Below are positions 44,401 to 53,757 of a stretch of 64,000 bases of DNA, piece after piece. The first letter of the stretch is position 1; each line of letters starts with the position of its first letter. Under the pieces are notes generated by a model. The model was given only the letters and a program-made list of their open reading frames with translations. It made no database searches and had not been told where the DNA came from. The stretch spans positions 1,876,505 to 1,940,504 of the forward strand of contig OZ241857.1 of NCBI GenBank assembly GCA_965203315.1, given 5' to 3'. Origin of the DNA: Nitrosopumilus sp. GTDB taxonomy: Archaea > Thermoproteota > Nitrososphaeria > Nitrososphaerales > Nitrosopumilaceae. The position numbers and the translations under genes are program-made.

Positions 44401-47320
44401 CAAACCAAACCCTACAGGTGATATCTATATAGAATCAAATACTGAAACACTCCCGAACTCTCTATTTGTGATTACTGACGATTACGCATGTGATGCAACA
44501 CTTGATCCTATTAAAAGTCTCAAGGAAAAACAGGTTCCAAATTTTGTCAGACCAGACAATGTATCCCCTAAAAATAACAGACTATTTGGATTCGGTTTAG
44601 ACTTTGAATCTCCATGTTCCACACCAAGTCCAGAAACTCCATCTAACCAAACCATATTCACCGACAAAGAGATGCGAGTCACTCTATATGGCAAGGCAGA
44701 CAAAAAGCCTTACTATTTCTCTCCACGTGACGGCATACTGCAAGCTCAACCCATACCCGCATGTACCAGTGATATCATCCACACAAGCAACAATACTCTA
44801 CGAGGCGACAATACCATCTGTTATGGTAAACATGGTGATGATATGGTCATCATAACAAAACGACTGGCTGGATTTTATGGTGCAGCCAACAAAGTCACCA
44901 CACCTACAAATCCGGTAAACCTCAATGCAGATCCTCCATATCCCTCTCCCAAGGTACCTCGTGAGACCGATCTTTTACGACTGTCACCTCCTGCAAACTT
45001 TCCTGCACTGAATACAGATGGCAGATCTCTGTCGGTGACATCTGATCCGACTACTGCTCCTGGCGCATACTTGGCAGGCAATGATCGTGAGCGATACACT
45101 GGTCATCAAAACACTAGAATAGGCGACATGCATATAAAAAACGATACAAAGATACTCCCCAACGAGTTTCCAGAGACGAGTACGTGTAGAGCTCAATTCA
45201 GAACCGTCAACGTTCTGATTGCCGATGACAATTATGGAAATCTCACTCTTAAAGTACCTACCAATTTAATAGCAGACTCGGGTTCGTTTGGACCAAACTT
45301 TCTTGCAAGCGATACATGTAAGATTGATCTTACCAAAAACTCTGCCAAACCTCTCCTAACAGACAAAGAGTTGTGGTTTACTCTATACAACAAGGTAAAT
45401 GAACACCCATACTATTTCTCGCCTCGTGAAAACATAACAGATGCTCAACCAATTCCTGCGTGTACAACCGAGACACTTGACAAAAGCGACAATACCCTCA
45501 AGGGTGATACTATTATGTGCTTTGCTAAACATACCAACGACAACGATATCGTCATTATAACAAAACGGCTTAGTGGATTTTATGGAGCAGCTGCTCTGAT
45601 ACTCGAACCTACAACTCGTGCACCCATCAATCCAGTTACGCCTAGTACACCAGTCCCACCTAGCGGCACAGTTCCCGTTACTGTACCTGTTACTATTGAG
45701 ACAGCTTTTCCACTAGTTACTGACCCCAAGTCTCACACACGTATGGATATACCAATAAGATCACTGGGTGCAGATGTTGGTGGTCTCTTAACTGAGAACG
45801 GCACCTTTAGACACGGATACTTGGATCTAGGTGATTCTGGCATCGAGTCGGGCTATACCGGGCCCATACATGTTGGTTATGTTTACCTTCCACCAAATAC
45901 AAAACTAGATCCAAATCCATCATTTGCAGCTGTTGGCAAGAACACTTTTGACGCAAATCTCTTACCTACCTATATTAAACAAACCTTGTTCACTGATTCC
46001 AACACGTTAGGTGTACCAGCATTTGGATTCTTTTACGAGCCGGGAGCCGATTATCTCGAATCTGATGACAAGGCTACAATGTTCAAACCGCACGAAACCA
46101 ACTCTACTATACGTGTCGTACTGTACAACCAGACCGGCAAGGCTGGATTCTCTTACTATCCATTAGGACCAGCAAAGACGTTTACACCAGATTTCATGTC
46201 AAAATGTACTGCATCTAACTTTGACTTTACCACTCTATTACTAAAAGGCGACACCAAAGACTGCTATTATGACAACAATCGTGACATAATCATATTTACA
46301 AAGATACTAGAGTGGTATGGTGCTGCAGATGACCCCAGTAAATCTATGAATAAAACGGCTAAATCGGATAAAAGCGATACTTTTCTGTCCCTTGCACCAA
46401 CATTTGGCAGATCACAGTTTACGGGTGAACAGTTGGTAACCTGTGGCTATACAATGGACGACACTTGCCGTGATGTTACTGCATATCATGTCCGGTACGA
46501 ACGAGATACAATCCAGACAAACACAACACACACATTTGCTCTCAAGGCACATGCGCCAAATCTGTTAAACAATGTAATGCTGGCATTCAGTGTACCTACA
46601 GTTGGTGCTCCACTGAGTGCAGCAGAAGCACACATTTCTGTAAATCTTGGTATAAACTATAGCGAACCATCATACCATTACATCACAGATGTTACTATAC
46701 ATGACCCAAACAATATCATCGACTATGACATACAAGGTACAACCGTATCCAAGGTATCTTGTTCTGGCGGTACACTAGAGTGTATCCAAGTAATCCTCCC
46801 AGATGTACTATTCCGTGATGTAATGAATCACGAACCGTTTGCAATACAAGTAACAGACACGTTATCACTGAACGCAATAAACTACATGAACGAAGGCGTC
46901 TTTGTTGAAGGTACATCACTAAACGCACCACCGACTGTACGGCCAGGACTAACACTGTCTAGTGACGATGGCAGACCAGTAAACTTGGTGTTGGTCCGTA
47001 CAGACAAGGTCTCTGATCTATGGGCAGACGCATTTGGCAACACGTGGAGTCGCAACTCGTTTGGCAACTTTGTCATTGTACAATATGCACCATACGCAGG
47101 TACCACTCCAGTATGTACAGACATCAACGACAGAATATGTACGCCATTCAAGATCAAACTCGACTGGCACAATCAAAAGATGATAGAACTACGTGACTCG
47201 CTATACAATGCATACAAGACAGAACCATACGCAGAGATCGACAACATATTCACCTACGAGTTTGGTGACATGGACTCTCGCACTAGAACACTGATGAATC
47301 TGGGCTGGCTAACCGAGTAG
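41474..47320 (+). CDS. Giant secreted/surface protein (1948 aa) with seven ~200-aa repeats
   Basis: Signal-peptide-like N-terminus; recurring TDKEMRxTL...IPxCT...LKGxTxxCxG...DxxIxTK block; Pro/Thr linkers; distinct C-terminal domain. Confidence 0.85.
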   Translation: MSKRRLIPILALAAVVPLLLVDLDDVFAAPIPPNTYSDPSTSWRDGKGSNGVPLVIHTNNNSATLQINPHVTSYDHYRNNPINYQQGDITIDRGTKILPNSVLASFSSCTVRFGVQNVGSNPANADDHNYAKLPTDVDSRTYTNPSIGGDVRALGVDFKQYSGCDVSALTTPNSTNSPLITDKEMRVTIYGQAGKKAFFSSHFENITTAQLIPECTSANFDNSTNPKKLKGDTRMCHGTYGGDLVIITKQIGEYGSTSTILPPDTLPIPPPSGFPTTLTTSDVPYLKSSLNIDNGTLGTSAKRYQIDGTQPGSLVKAGDIHIQGTTTILSNPILLDLSTTCAFNIVSLPALSTAFPTNVQPAGNASNPASIAFSGQSTCANWSPTHPMITDKEMRITLTNKTGSKAWYASPSEGITEAQPIPACTDDMIHKNQTLKGRTKMCYGVYSDDLIIVTKRFFGQYGSADTITPPQNSVDLDSSYAIPPGTLSIPPPSGFPTSLTSSDAPYISAQRSSDNGTIGATSAKRYQIDGNQNVPVRAGDIYIQGTTTILSNPFFVGKGYTCPFNIFSLHTERTYHGGGFAYPTNVQPTGNATNPASMTFHGDSTCENWSPTHPMITDKEMRITLDNKTGSKAWYASPRQNITEAQPIPACTTDTINVSTGKLKGNTKMCYGVYDGDLIIITKRFLGYYGSADTITTPQNPVDLDSDKPTSATPPPTPGQTLTITIPVPNDGNITSAPLSLDHNTPNKARFINNEVSPGSGTRYHDLIGGHLGNITIHYNTNITSQTFTVPSNPVNYCYTAQAKVGQFTFSVPKINSYTVITYLDISKSTLPRCTSSVPDISFDGKLTLDKEVYIKLTGTDGQNIFYHVSGTDTPVEIPKCTSTNFDSSDNTLKGNTEVCYGKDGTDTVIVSKILARFGATTEDIPKSSTPDPGSQDLLTIPPKTNSTVDGAVQFNSDKFNSGKIFYSGSPMRFLDKPNPTGDIYIESNTETLPNSLFVITDDYACDATLDPIKSLKEKQVPNFVRPDNVSPKNNRLFGFGLDFESPCSTPSPETPSNQTIFTDKEMRVTLYGKADKKPYYFSPRDGILQAQPIPACTSDIIHTSNNTLRGDNTICYGKHGDDMVIITKRLAGFYGAANKVTTPTNPVNLNADPPYPSPKVPRETDLLRLSPPANFPALNTDGRSLSVTSDPTTAPGAYLAGNDRERYTGHQNTRIGDMHIKNDTKILPNEFPETSTCRAQFRTVNVLIADDNYGNLTLKVPTNLIADSGSFGPNFLASDTCKIDLTKNSAKPLLTDKELWFTLYNKVNEHPYYFSPRENITDAQPIPACTTETLDKSDNTLKGDTIMCFAKHTNDNDIVIITKRLSGFYGAAALILEPTTRAPINPVTPSTPVPPSGTVPVTVPVTIETAFPLVTDPKSHTRMDIPIRSLGADVGGLLTENGTFRHGYLDLGDSGIESGYTGPIHVGYVYLPPNTKLDPNPSFAAVGKNTFDANLLPTYIKQTLFTDSNTLGVPAFGFFYEPGADYLESDDKATMFKPHETNSTIRVVLYNQTGKAGFSYYPLGPAKTFTPDFMSKCTASNFDFTTLLLKGDTKDCYYDNNRDIIIFTKILEWYGAADDPSKSMNKTAKSDKSDTFLSLAPTFGRSQFTGEQLVTCGYTMDDTCRDVTAYHVRYERDTIQTNTTHTFALKAHAPNLLNNVMLAFSVPTVGAPLSAAEAHISVNLGINYSEPSYHYITDVTIHDPNNIIDYDIQGTTVSKVSCSGGTLECIQVILPDVLFRDVMNHEPFAIQVTDTLSLNAINYMNEGVFVEGTSLNAPPTVRPGLTLSSDDGRPVNLVLVRTDKVSDLWADAFGNTWSRNSFGNFVIVQYAPYAGTTPVCTDINDRICTPFKIKLDWHNQKMIELRDSLYNAYKTEPYAEIDNIFTYEFGDMDSRTRTLMNLGWLTE

Positions 47321-47548
47321 GTTTGTATTCGAGATATATGATATCAAAAATTGTTCATCATTCATCTGACATGACATTTACTTTGTATTGATTATTCAAT
47401 TTGCTTCTTTTGACATTTTTTGGATAACGTCTCAGATGGTATCTCTTTACCATCTTTTAGATACATGTGTGGTTGTTCATGACTGTAGATGTCCATGAAT
47501 TGCTGGATCACTTGATTGCATTACTGTCTCAAATTCTGTAACTTGCAT

Positions 47549-47798
47549 GGATCTTTTCGATTTGCATGGGTTGGTTTTTCACAAGGCTTTTCACATAATT
47601 CTCCCTTATATGGTCACGAACGGAATTGTTTTCTTGTTTACTCCAGCATATGTGAGATCAAAGACGGAATTTACCTCTGGCAGAACAGCTAACACCAAAT
47701 TGTGATACTACAGACTAGGAAAATTATTATGTTCACGATTATAGAATCTTGTAGTGTTTTTCTGTAACTATTTTATCCCACGTAAACCGAAAAGATCC
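47549..47798. mobile_element. MITE family B copy (reverse orientation) carrying an internal insert
   Basis: GGATCTTTTCGATTTGCATGGG...ATCCCACGTAAACCGAAAAGATCC. Confidence 0.85.
47611..47741. mobile_element. MITE family C insert (imperfect TIRs, TA/TTATA site)
   Basis: Extra ~130 bp relative to other MITE-B copies; TTATA at 47606-47610 and 47739-47743. Confidence 0.6.
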
Positions 47799-48046
47799 GT
47801 GTAGAATTGAATTTAAAGCAGTACGGCATGTAGTGAGTACTAACCATGTCTGATATCTGTTAAGTATAAAATCTGATATCATGTATTTGTCTTTTCGTAG
47901 ATTTTATTTTCTTGTAAATTTGAACACTGGTTGTGATTCTAAATTATAAATTGTTTCTCCGATTCTGTTAACCATGCCTGTTTTTCTGATTTGACCAACT
48001 ACTGCTTTAATACTAATTGTCCAACCATTGCTCAGATCGTACGTAT

Positions 48047-49550
48047 GGATGTTTTCGATTTACGTTGGATGGTTTTTTAGACGACTTTTTCCTAAAACTA
48101 CCCAACACTTCAAAAATAAAGCGATTGCGTCATATTTACTAGATTTCTATTTGTAATTTAGTATATGATAGAAAACTTTAAATGAATAAAATTTTTTTAA
48201 CTAAAAAATTAACTTTTTTTAAAAAAAGTGGTATATACTAGTATATTTCTACTACACATGTGAAGCAAAATCTAGAGCAAATCTGCATGTCTGATGCTAC
48301 AAAAGAATATTTGGAAATGTGCAAGTGTGTCAAAAAAGTACAAGATAACCACTACAAAGTCAAGATTCAAACAGGAGATGAAACATACGATGTTATGGGT
48401 GAACCAGGAAATTGGTTTTGCACTTGTAAAGGCTACAAGTTTGGAAAAAAGAGATGCAAACATGTCAAAATGGTTGATATCGTAGTGGAGGTTGGGACAA
48501 AAACAAAAGAAACTACGCTAGAGTCACTAAATGATGGCAAGATTTGTTGTAAACATTGTGGCACACTAGAGACTGTAAAAAATGGCATCAGACCTAACAA
48601 AAATTATGATAATCAAAAATATTACTGCAAGATATGCGAGGTATCGTTTTCTGGAAATGTAGGATTTGAGGGACTAGCCGCGTCACCAGAGCATGTAACT
48701 GATGCAATACATTTACATCTTACAGGATCTAGCTTGAGTGAAGTCGTACAATTTTTGGCAAAGAAAGGTGTCAAAGTTGGGTGTACCACCATTCACGACT
48801 GGACTGTAAGATACGTCAAATTGATGGATGAGTACATTTCAACACTCGCACCTCAAATTGGTGAGATATATCATGCTGATGAAGTGTGGTTCGAGATCAA
48901 TGGCAAACTGCATTATCTCTTTGCGATGCTGGATCGTAAAACAAGGTTTTGGCTGGGCAGTCAAGTTGGCAAGAAGAAAAATAAAGCACAAGTCAATAAA
49001 TTATTTAAAGAAGCAGAAAAGATTGCACAAAAAACACCATCTGTGCTGATAACTGATGGCGCAGCTTGTTATGAAGCATCGTTTAAGAAGATATTTGCAA
49101 AAGCAAAATCAGGCAAGTCATCTATTCACATTAGAGAAATTCACATGGCAGGTGATCATGTACACAACAATGAGATGGAGAGTTTTAATGGAAAGTTTAG
49201 ACATGTTGAACAAAAAATCAAAGGCTTCAAAAATGCTTTTCTTATTCGTGGAATTAGAATACATTACAATTACATTAGACCACATATGGGTTTAAACAGT
49301 GACACACCAGCCGACAGAGCTGGAATTATCATAAAAGGAGCAAATAAATGGCGCACATTAATACTGAACGCAGTGAAAACTCTGTATAATTTTAAATTTG
49401 TCTAGTAAATTCTAACAGAATTAAATAACAAGTGTTTTTTTAATTGACATTTTAATACAAAGTTTGAATATTTCGTTTCAATAATTCCATAAAGTCTTGC
49501 AATGATGTGTCTGTAAAAAAAAATCCATCCAACGTAAATCGAAAAGATCC
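48047..49550 (+). mobile_element. IS6-family-like insertion sequence, probable autonomous partner of MITE-B
   Basis: 26-bp TIR GGAT(G/C)TTTTCGATTTACGTTGGATGG; no matching TSD. Confidence 0.85.
48260..49405 (+). CDS. IS6-like DDE transposase with N-terminal SWIM and zinc-ribbon modules
   Basis: CTCKG...CKH, CKHC...CKIC, HADEVW, LITDG, NNEMESFNG and HYNYIRPH. Confidence 0.85.
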   Translation: MKQNLEQICMSDATKEYLEMCKCVKKVQDNHYKVKIQTGDETYDVMGEPGNWFCTCKGYKFGKKRCKHVKMVDIVVEVGTKTKETTLESLNDGKICCKHCGTLETVKNGIRPNKNYDNQKYYCKICEVSFSGNVGFEGLAASPEHVTDAIHLHLTGSSLSEVVQFLAKKGVKVGCTTIHDWTVRYVKLMDEYISTLAPQIGEIYHADEVWFEINGKLHYLFAMLDRKTRFWLGSQVGKKKNKAQVNKLFKEAEKIAQKTPSVLITDGAACYEASFKKIFAKAKSGKSSIHIREIHMAGDHVHNNEMESFNGKFRHVEQKIKGFKNAFLIRGIRIHYNYIRPHMGLNSDTPADRAGIIIKGANKWRTLILNAVKTLYNFKFV

Positions 49551-50234
49551 TAAACTCGATCCATCTACCGCCTGCGTGTTGTGTAAATCCAGAGGCATCC
49601 AGGGAAAGAATGACTTCTTTAAAATGATCTGCAACTGCGATATCATTTAAAATGTCTACCTCCTTGTCATTTATTCTAGTAAATAATGTAGTATAAGCTG
49701 GTATATCGAAATCAGGAAAAAATCGTTTTAATTCGTCTTCTAATTCTCTATATGATAATCCTCGCTTAGCTCTTATCATTGCAGCACATCTCAAAAAAGA
49801 TTCCGAATAGGCGTATTGACCGCCACGTTTCTTTACGTTCATCTTTTTTAATTCTTTCCTAAACAGTTCTGCAAATTCCTCAGTATCGATTACTCCAAAT
49901 TCAAATAATAACAAAACATATCTGACCGTTGAACCTTTACTAAGTTGCTTTGCTATTCTTCTTATTTTATTTCTTTCTTTATTTTGAACTTTTTTATCTT
50001 TTAAAATTTTGAATGTTGACTTGTTTTTACGTTTCAATATCTTGTAGAAAATAGATACCCTATATAGATCTTTTCATTTAATTTTAAAATTACGTCACAA
50101 AAAACGAAATCATAATTAAAAGCAAACTAACGTGCAATTTAATTTCATAATCTCTAATCAGCTCCGAATTTGACGCAGTTGAGTATTAACTAATGAGAAA
50201 TTTTGCAGTTTTGTGCCTATTCATTGAACAGAGC
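49551..50234 (-). mobile_element. Truncated IS5-family element (5' half only)
   Basis: ORF from 50037 is homologous to the 14604-15680 transposase up to LDASGFTQHAGGRWIEF, then reads into the IS6 TIR; probable end GCTCTGTTCAATGAATAGG at about 50234. Confidence 0.78.
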
Positions 50235-50577
50235 AATTTTTAATACATGATTAATTTTATACACCACACTCAAAATTGTATCATCCTCTAATTTGTAAAA
50301 ACTGGGTATAATCTTATTTTGCGGAGTCGCTAGGATGTAATCTCTATCTTGAATATCCTGATTAATTTCTTCAAGTGTTATTGACATGTTACTTTACCTG
50401 AGTTTTTTCAATTGTTGCGCTTCCATCAGAGTTTCCATGAATCCTAATTATTGTCTAATGCCGTAACGGTTTCTCTATTTTATCTATCAAGTGTTCGCAC
50501 GGTTTAAGTGTTGTAGGAAATTTATTACTTTTTTTGTATGTTCCACTGAAAGACAGTCCAGATATTTTGATCTCTAC

Positions 50578-50916
50578 TCATTTCTCATCTAAATCCCGTT
50601 TGTATAGTTCTATGTCTGATTCAGTTTTAACTAAACAAAAATACTCTCCGTCCCAAATTATAGGATATGGTTTGTCTAATTCCATCAGGTCTGACTTGTA
50701 TACTATCTTTTCTCCACTATCTGTTTTGATAACATATACTGGTTCATCTATTGGTATTGTATCTACATCTGTGGATGAAAGAGACAGAAAATCCAACTTG
50801 ATCTCCTTGCCTTCGACACACTCTACCGTAGTATATTGATCAGATACAAGTATCTGTTCTCGTTGGCTTTTGAAATAATAATTGGATCGCTGCTTTAAAG
50901 GAATTGGATATAGCAT
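50578..50916 (-). CDS. Hypothetical protein
   Basis: 112-aa ORF in an AT-rich accessory stretch. Confidence 0.5.
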   Translation of the reverse strand: MLYPIPLKQRSNYYFKSQREQILVSDQYTTVECVEGKEIKLDFLSLSSTDVDTIPIDEPVYVIKTDSGEKIVYKSDLMELDKPYPIIWDGEYFCLVKTESDIELYKRDLDEK

Positions 50917-51008
50917 GTTTATAGATACTTTAACTAATATTTAGTCGTTGTGTCTTGTGATGTTAGTGTAGTCGGTTCTGTTCAATTGACGGGGGTTGAG
51001 ATCATGAT

Positions 51009-52263
51009 CAGTACTTCCAAATGTCTCTTTAAATAACGAAAATTATATAGAAATAGAAAGATCTATAAAGGGTTTCTAAAAATAACTTTTGTTGAAAAAC
51101 AAAAATGAATTAAATGGACAGCGATTTAGAAGACATTTAGAATATTCTCGATATACTGCATTTTTAAATGATTTAGATATTCCTGTGTCTAAAAAAAATA
51201 ATGCAAAGTTTGGTAAAGAAGATGTTTTATCCATTATGTTTAAAACAGCCATGTCTAAAAGTACAATAACTGGACATTCAACTTCAATGAAAATGAGGAA
51301 AAAGCGTGCTCCATCTCCAGAATATTTTAGACTATTATTCAAAAAGGCAGCAGCTGATTTTGACAACTTTAAATTTAAAAGGTCAGTAAAAAGCAACATC
51401 GCAGCATTACAAGATATGGGTCGTTGGTCTAAAGAGCCAAAAGATATAGCAATTGATCTGCACAAATATGCACGATATGATGACAAAACAGATACTAAAC
51501 TATGCTATGGTCCGGTTGACGACAGATATGCATTACATGAAAAGTACATGACAGCACAAGTCATAAACGAAGGCGAAACACTAGTTGTGTCAAAACATGC
51601 CATGTACAAAGGAGACCAAAACCCCAATTTTGTGCGTAAAATCATCAAAGATTGTGAAGATCTGCGTCTGGACATTGGTAACTGGTTGATGGATCGTGAG
51701 TTTCTTACTACACAGATCTTGCAGCTGCTGCAAGGTCGAGGTTACACATTTCTCACCATCTGTCAAAATAACGCCAAGACAAGGCGATATCTAGAAGAGT
51801 ACAAACAAGGAAAACGTAAACGAGTATCAAAACGTACGATCTCTAATGGCAAAGGCTTGTCAATGGACTATTACATGATCATAGAAGAAATTGAAAAGGA
51901 TGGTAAAATAGACTACATTCCATTTGCAACAAACAATCCAAGAATTGATACAAAAAAATACGCAAAGCGATGGGTTATTGAAACTGGATATAGGGTAGTC
52001 GATAAGATGAGATTACCAACTACAACTAAAAATGAATCAGTAAGAGATTTGTTGTTTTCTTTTTCTCTTTTGTTTTATAATGCTTGGATCATAGCACGTA
52101 ACATAGATGATGAAAATGATCCATTGAATGTTGGTTGGTGGCACATTCCTCAACTTACGTTCAGAGATCTTGTGCTAGATTACATTGAACTCTATCGAGA
52201 AAAATGGCCTCCGCCAAAGATTGCCGCTGCAGCTTGTTAATAAGCAGACAGTTGGAAGTACTG
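51009..52263 (+). mobile_element. ISH3-family insertion sequence
   Basis: 18-bp TIR CAGTACTTCCAA(A/C)TGTCT; 5-bp TSD ATGAT at 51004-51008 and 52264-52268. Confidence 0.92.
51089..52240 (+). CDS. ISH3-family transposase
   Basis: IAIDLH, MDREF, YAKRWVIETGYR and LFYNAW. Confidence 0.9.
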   Translation: MLKNKNELNGQRFRRHLEYSRYTAFLNDLDIPVSKKNNAKFGKEDVLSIMFKTAMSKSTITGHSTSMKMRKKRAPSPEYFRLLFKKAAADFDNFKFKRSVKSNIAALQDMGRWSKEPKDIAIDLHKYARYDDKTDTKLCYGPVDDRYALHEKYMTAQVINEGETLVVSKHAMYKGDQNPNFVRKIIKDCEDLRLDIGNWLMDREFLTTQILQLLQGRGYTFLTICQNNAKTRRYLEEYKQGKRKRVSKRTISNGKGLSMDYYMIIEEIEKDGKIDYIPFATNNPRIDTKKYAKRWVIETGYRVVDKMRLPTTTKNESVRDLLFSFSLLFYNAWIIARNIDDENDPLNVGWWHIPQLTFRDLVLDYIELYREKWPPPKIAAAAC

Positions 52264-52406
52264 ATGATGACGTTATCTCAAAGAACGTACAGTATGAGAT
52301 TCAAAACCGCAACGATTTACGATAGCCGATATGAGATCGTTTCCATATTTTGCAAAGTTTCGAGAATTTTGTGCAGAAGATGCTAACTCTTGTCAATTGA
52401 AGAGCC

Positions 52407-53549
52407 TTAACCAATCTTGCCTTTGAAGACTATGGTCTCTGCCATCTTTGAAGGTGTATTAAGATCTATGTATCGTATCTCATATTTGTCTCCGATATGA
52501 ACAATCTCGTTGTCTATATATCTCGGAATTTTTATGCTTACTTCAAAGATACCGGTGCTGAGATCAGTCTCTAGCATAGCATGTGGTTCTGCTGAAAAGG
52601 CAGTATTATCTAACGTTGTTCGAATTCCTCGCTCTGTCCTAAACTCTAGTTGAACAAGCGATATTCGATCTCGTTCTCTAGAATCAAAGTTGGAATCAGG
52701 ATCATACAGACGTAGTGTAAATTTGTGACCTAGTCTAGAGTCGTCTCCTCTGGTCTCCATCTGTGCAAATGTATCTCTCAATACTAACCACTGTGTCTGT
52801 ATTCTAGAATTTCCAGAATAATCTGATTCATCAAAGTATCGTATCACAACAACGTCGTTTGTCTTTAATGACATTCCGTTGACTGTATCTGGTAGAGTCA
52901 GTCGTCCATGAAATATTCCTGTATTGGCACCGGTCTCAGTTAATGACTTTGGTGGCTCTATGACGATTCCGTCTATCGTGATCTCTACTAGATCTCTAGT
53001 ATCCACTATGTCGACACCACTACGCGATATGTTGAGATCTTGATCACTGATGTAAAAATCAACAATAGATGTGACTGGTACTATGTTTTGACTATGCGGT
53101 ACTGTACTGGCAGGCTCGGATTTGTCCTCTCTCTGAACCTTATTTGATGCTTGTATGTCTGACATATCAAAAGATGTAGGTGGTTGAGATGTCTCATTGT
53201 CTCTCTGAACCTTATTTGATGCTTGTATGTCTGACACTACGGTATCGATGTTGTTCTGTGGAACAAAGGTTACTCCAATATGCTCTAAAATCATACCTCT
53301 GTCACTCATAATTATGACGGTCTCTGGAGTGAGACATGCAGGCTCTAGTATGGTTCTAATTACTAACTCTAAACCTTCCTTGCATACAATCTCATCTGAA
53401 AGAACACCTTGTTCTAACTGCAACCTAGGTGAATCTATCTTGTCGTATGTAGTACCATTTGTACTGCTTGTACCATATGTGCTACTAAACTCTATGCCAA
53501 ACATTATGACAAATATCGTCACGCAAAGTATTGCAGACGTGTGTCTCAT
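52407..53549 (-). CDS. Secreted/surface protein of thaumarchaeal type
   Basis: Signal peptide; SPRLQ...CKEGLELV...PAC motif; two ETxxxTGxF repeats; short internal duplication SDIQASNKVQR. Confidence 0.7.
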   Translation of the reverse strand: MRHTSAILCVTIFVIMFGIEFSSTYGTSSTNGTTYDKIDSPRLQLEQGVLSDEIVCKEGLELVIRTILEPACLTPETVIIMSDRGMILEHIGVTFVPQNNIDTVVSDIQASNKVQRDNETSQPPTSFDMSDIQASNKVQREDKSEPASTVPHSQNIVPVTSIVDFYISDQDLNISRSGVDIVDTRDLVEITIDGIVIEPPKSLTETGANTGIFHGRLTLPDTVNGMSLKTNDVVVIRYFDESDYSGNSRIQTQWLVLRDTFAQMETRGDDSRLGHKFTLRLYDPDSNFDSRERDRISLVQLEFRTERGIRTTLDNTAFSAEPHAMLETDLSTGIFEVSIKIPRYIDNEIVHIGDKYEIRYIDLNTPSKMAETIVFKGKIG

Positions 53550-53757
53550 ATTGTATAATATCTGATTTTCTATAAAAGTTGTACACGATCGTCATCACAC
53601 ATTATGTTGACGGCGCGTTTAATTTTTTGCGTTCGAGTAGTGCATTGACTTAATGTGTCGAGTATTTGGAAACCAGTACAGATTATCAATGCAATGTATC
53701 GGCGTCTTTGGTCGCATAAAAATACAGATAATTACTAGCAGATCATTTGCTCTATGA

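Larger units (their letters stand above)
50974..52406. mobile_element. MITE family A copy split by ISH3
   Basis: GGTTCTGTTCAATTGACGGGGGTTGAGATC [IS] ...GTCAATTGAAGAGCC aligns with the reverse complement of 58932-59108. Confidence 0.88.

Noticed and set aside
47813-48010. 11-bp inverted repeat TTAAAGCAGTA enclosing ~200 bp
   Set aside because: Too short and no second copy in the window to call an element
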